Below the pieces are notes generated by a model that saw only the letters and a program-made list of their open reading frames with translations, made no database searches and was not told the DNA's origin. From Azolla caroliniana (Eukaryota; Plantae; Polypodiophyta): a stretch of 64,000 bases of DNA. Positions 61,001 through 64,000 of this stretch are shown here, in pieces. Each line of letters begins with the position of its first letter. Within the stretch, counting starts at the first letter, position 1. Position numbers and translations under genes: made by a program. The stretch spans positions 6,882,001 through 6,946,000 of the forward strand of contig JBHGNT010000008.1 in the NCBI GenBank assembly GCA_043228905.1. The letters run 5' to 3'.

Positions 61001-64000
61001 AGGGAACCGAGCAAGATCTGTCCTGGTACCAGAGTCTCACTAACTTCCGGAATACCGAAACCCGATTTACGGCATTTTTGCTCTCCAGGCTCTAGCATGG
61101 TGCCGATTTTCTCCCAGAGCACATGCGCCTTACTTTTTTCATTGAAGTTGTTGTACAAACTCATGTCAAAAAAGCATCGTATGTATCCCGTCGTCTTCAT
61201 GTGCATCACCGCCCATGTCGTGGCATCGATCTTGTCCAGTTTTTTGTCCCCGAACTATACCGGCAACTAGAGATCTTTGACCACGAGCATGTCCCTCATC
61301 TTCGACTTCCACACTGGGTAGTTGGAACCGGTGAGCTTGAACATGCTTCCAAATGACTCTTCCATTTTCTTGTTCGCTCTGATACTAGTTTGTGCGGAAC
61401 AGTGCTCGGCCTCAACCGAGACTCAAACACTTTATGAAGGAACAAAAGAAAAAACAAAAATGGAAATGGAAATTTTTACACCTACATAAAAGAAGTGACA
61501 CTAGATGTTTACGTGGAAAACCCTAATAGGGAAAAACCACGGGAGCCCACAGACTCCAACTATCACTATATGAGAAAAGGAGGTACAATAGAAGACTCAA
61601 AGGCAATGACCTCGAATTCTGTATCTTCGCCAACCGGCGGCTTCTCTTCTCGCTCTCTCTATACAACTATAATACGACTAACAATAACACCAACGCTACA
61701 TAAAGTGATTTCCCTAAGTCATATTTATACTTATATGACTTTAAGACTATTTACAAATGTAGCCTTTCTAGGCACACCAGAAACATATTTGCAGATATGT
61801 CCTTGGATTCGGCTCTCATCCAGATCCCATCCGGAGGGACCGAATTCCCAACAGAAACCCCCAAACCGCCACAATTAGAACATCAGGAATCGAGTAACTC
61901 TGCTCCGGTCACATGCTTCAATTGCAATCAACCGGGGCATTATGCAACTCAATGCCCGGGTCACGGCAAATGCCATTCAGTAAATATGATCACGGCCGAG
62001 GTCCAACAAGTAACAACAAGAAGCAAGGCACAACAAACACAATGGGTCCGTCAAGCTGCAAAAGAATGGATCGAGAAAACTAATAACACGAACTTCGACC
62101 CCATGAATACCGAGATGAAGGACATCACTATCGGTGCGTCGACTTCCTCAAAACCCATCGATTTGCTTGACGACGATCCAACCTGGCAAGCACTTACCAG
62201 TTGCGAGGTATCAATGCCCCTAAATAAGCTCCTTCATTTGCTTCCACGGTTCAAGGACACGGTGGTATCCTTGATCACCGGAAAAGATCAGACAAACATG
62301 CCCGTACATCTTGCCGAGTGAAGTGCAAGTCTACCACTCCCAGAACCCTGTCGTAAAGCTCATTATCGAAGGGTGGGATGTACACGGTTGCATTATCAAT
62401 GGTGGATCTAGGGTGAACATCGGTAGTGAGGCCACTTGCCGAGCTCTGAACAATACCCATTGAGAACCGTGCCCATTTTGGCTACTAATGGCGGATACAC
62501 GTTCCGTTCCGGCCGATGGGCTTAATCCGACACCTCGATTTCATTCTCGAAGGCCACACATTTACGATCTCGGTTGTGGTGTTACTACTGGACACTCCCA
62601 GCGCCTACCCGATATTGCTCGGTCGTCCCTGGTTACGCAGGGCAGACATTAAGCAACACTGGTAGTGCAATATGATCTTCTTCCAGCGGGGGAAAATAAA
62701 GGTACACGTCACCACGGAGGAGCCAATCCCCACCCCAAAGGACACCACTCCCTTATATGCTAAAGGTGTTCACATGCTCGACAGCCTAGCCGACAACGAA
62801 GTCGATAGCTTCTTGGAGGATCACCCGAAGACTCTCCCGTTATTTGACATCAACATCATGGAAGCCATCAGTCCTTATGTTTTCGAGCCGGCGGAAGGGG
62901 AGCAAGATATTGGCCGAGAACCTAATCTGAAATCGGTTGAAGAATTATGCCATGCATGTGAAGCACTCAAACGATAATTAGCCATTGCCCAACGTGTGAA
63001 GGCGTCTACACTAGAAGAAATCAATGTCGGTACTAGTGCGGATCCAAGACCGTTGAAAATAGCAAAGGAACTTGCCCACAACGAACGCTTAGCATTGGTG
63101 GGTCTGCTCACGGAGTATTAGGATGTCTTTGCGTGGTCATACAGCGACATGAAAGGGTTAGATACATGATACTACTAGCACTAAATCCATCTGAAGAAAG
63201 ATGGCACCCAACTTGTATCCCAATTACGTGGCAAAAGTCAAAGAGGAAATCAACAAACTCCTTCAAGTGGGGTTCATTCGATTCATCAAACGTGCCACAT
63301 GGCTAAGTCCTATCGTGGTCATCCCAAAGAAAAATGACAAAATAAGGGTTTGTGGTGATTATCGGAAGTTGAACGCGGAGATTATTACTAATGCATTCCC
63401 TCTCCCTTTTACGGATAGTGTGTTAGATGTCATGGTAGGCCACAAAAGATATAGCTTCCTGGATGGGTTCAGTGGTTACAAACAAATCCGCTTGCACCCT
63501 GATGACCAAGAAAAGACAACATTCATAACAGAATTGGGTGTTTTTGTGGCGGTCGTGATGATGTTCGGATTAAAGTCGGCGTCGGCCCCCTTTCCAACGA
63601 ATCATCGCCGAAATTTCCAACGACTGTATTCTGGCATTCATGCAAGTTTTCCTCGATGGTTTTTCCGTGTACAATCATCAAGTAGAGCATCTCAACCAAT
63701 TACGTCTCTGTCTCGATCATTGTCGACAAGCTCGGCTCAACCTGAACCCCGCGAAATACGCGTTCAACGTCTCTAGCAGTGCCTTGCTGGGGCATATCGT
63801 CCGCCAAGAAGGGATTGCTATGGACCCCGATAAAGTGAAGGTTGTATTGGCCGCTCCAGCCCTGACCATTGCGAAGGCTTTGAGCCAATTTTTGGGGCAA
63901 ATTAGATGGCATAGTCAAATGTTGTGTTATTTAGCCGAATTCGCGACACCACTACACACAACGGTACATCAAGTGCCCTTCCGATGGACGGAAAAGGAAG

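Overview
This is a gene-free eukaryotic window, most likely from a non-seed land plant (bryophyte or lycophyte-like, inferred from the transposon lineages). It consists almost entirely of nested LTR retrotransposons: several Ty1/copia copies (one intact and very young at 29746-35096), Tcn1-like chromoviruses, tRNA-Trp-primed non-autonomous gypsy elements with 4-bp target site duplications (TSDs), and an Athila/Tat-like gypsy. The right half is a six-level nest. The standout is a 7.3-kb DNA transposon (12835-20164; 37-bp terminal inverted repeats (TIRs), 4-bp TSD CTTC). It carries a Sola-like DDD transposase and, divergently, a six-exon cargo gene encoding a ParB/Srx-like domain fused to a bacterial-type beta-class amino (N6-adenine/N4-cytosine) DNA methyltransferase. 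All alignments and counts were done by eye; family names need HMM confirmation.
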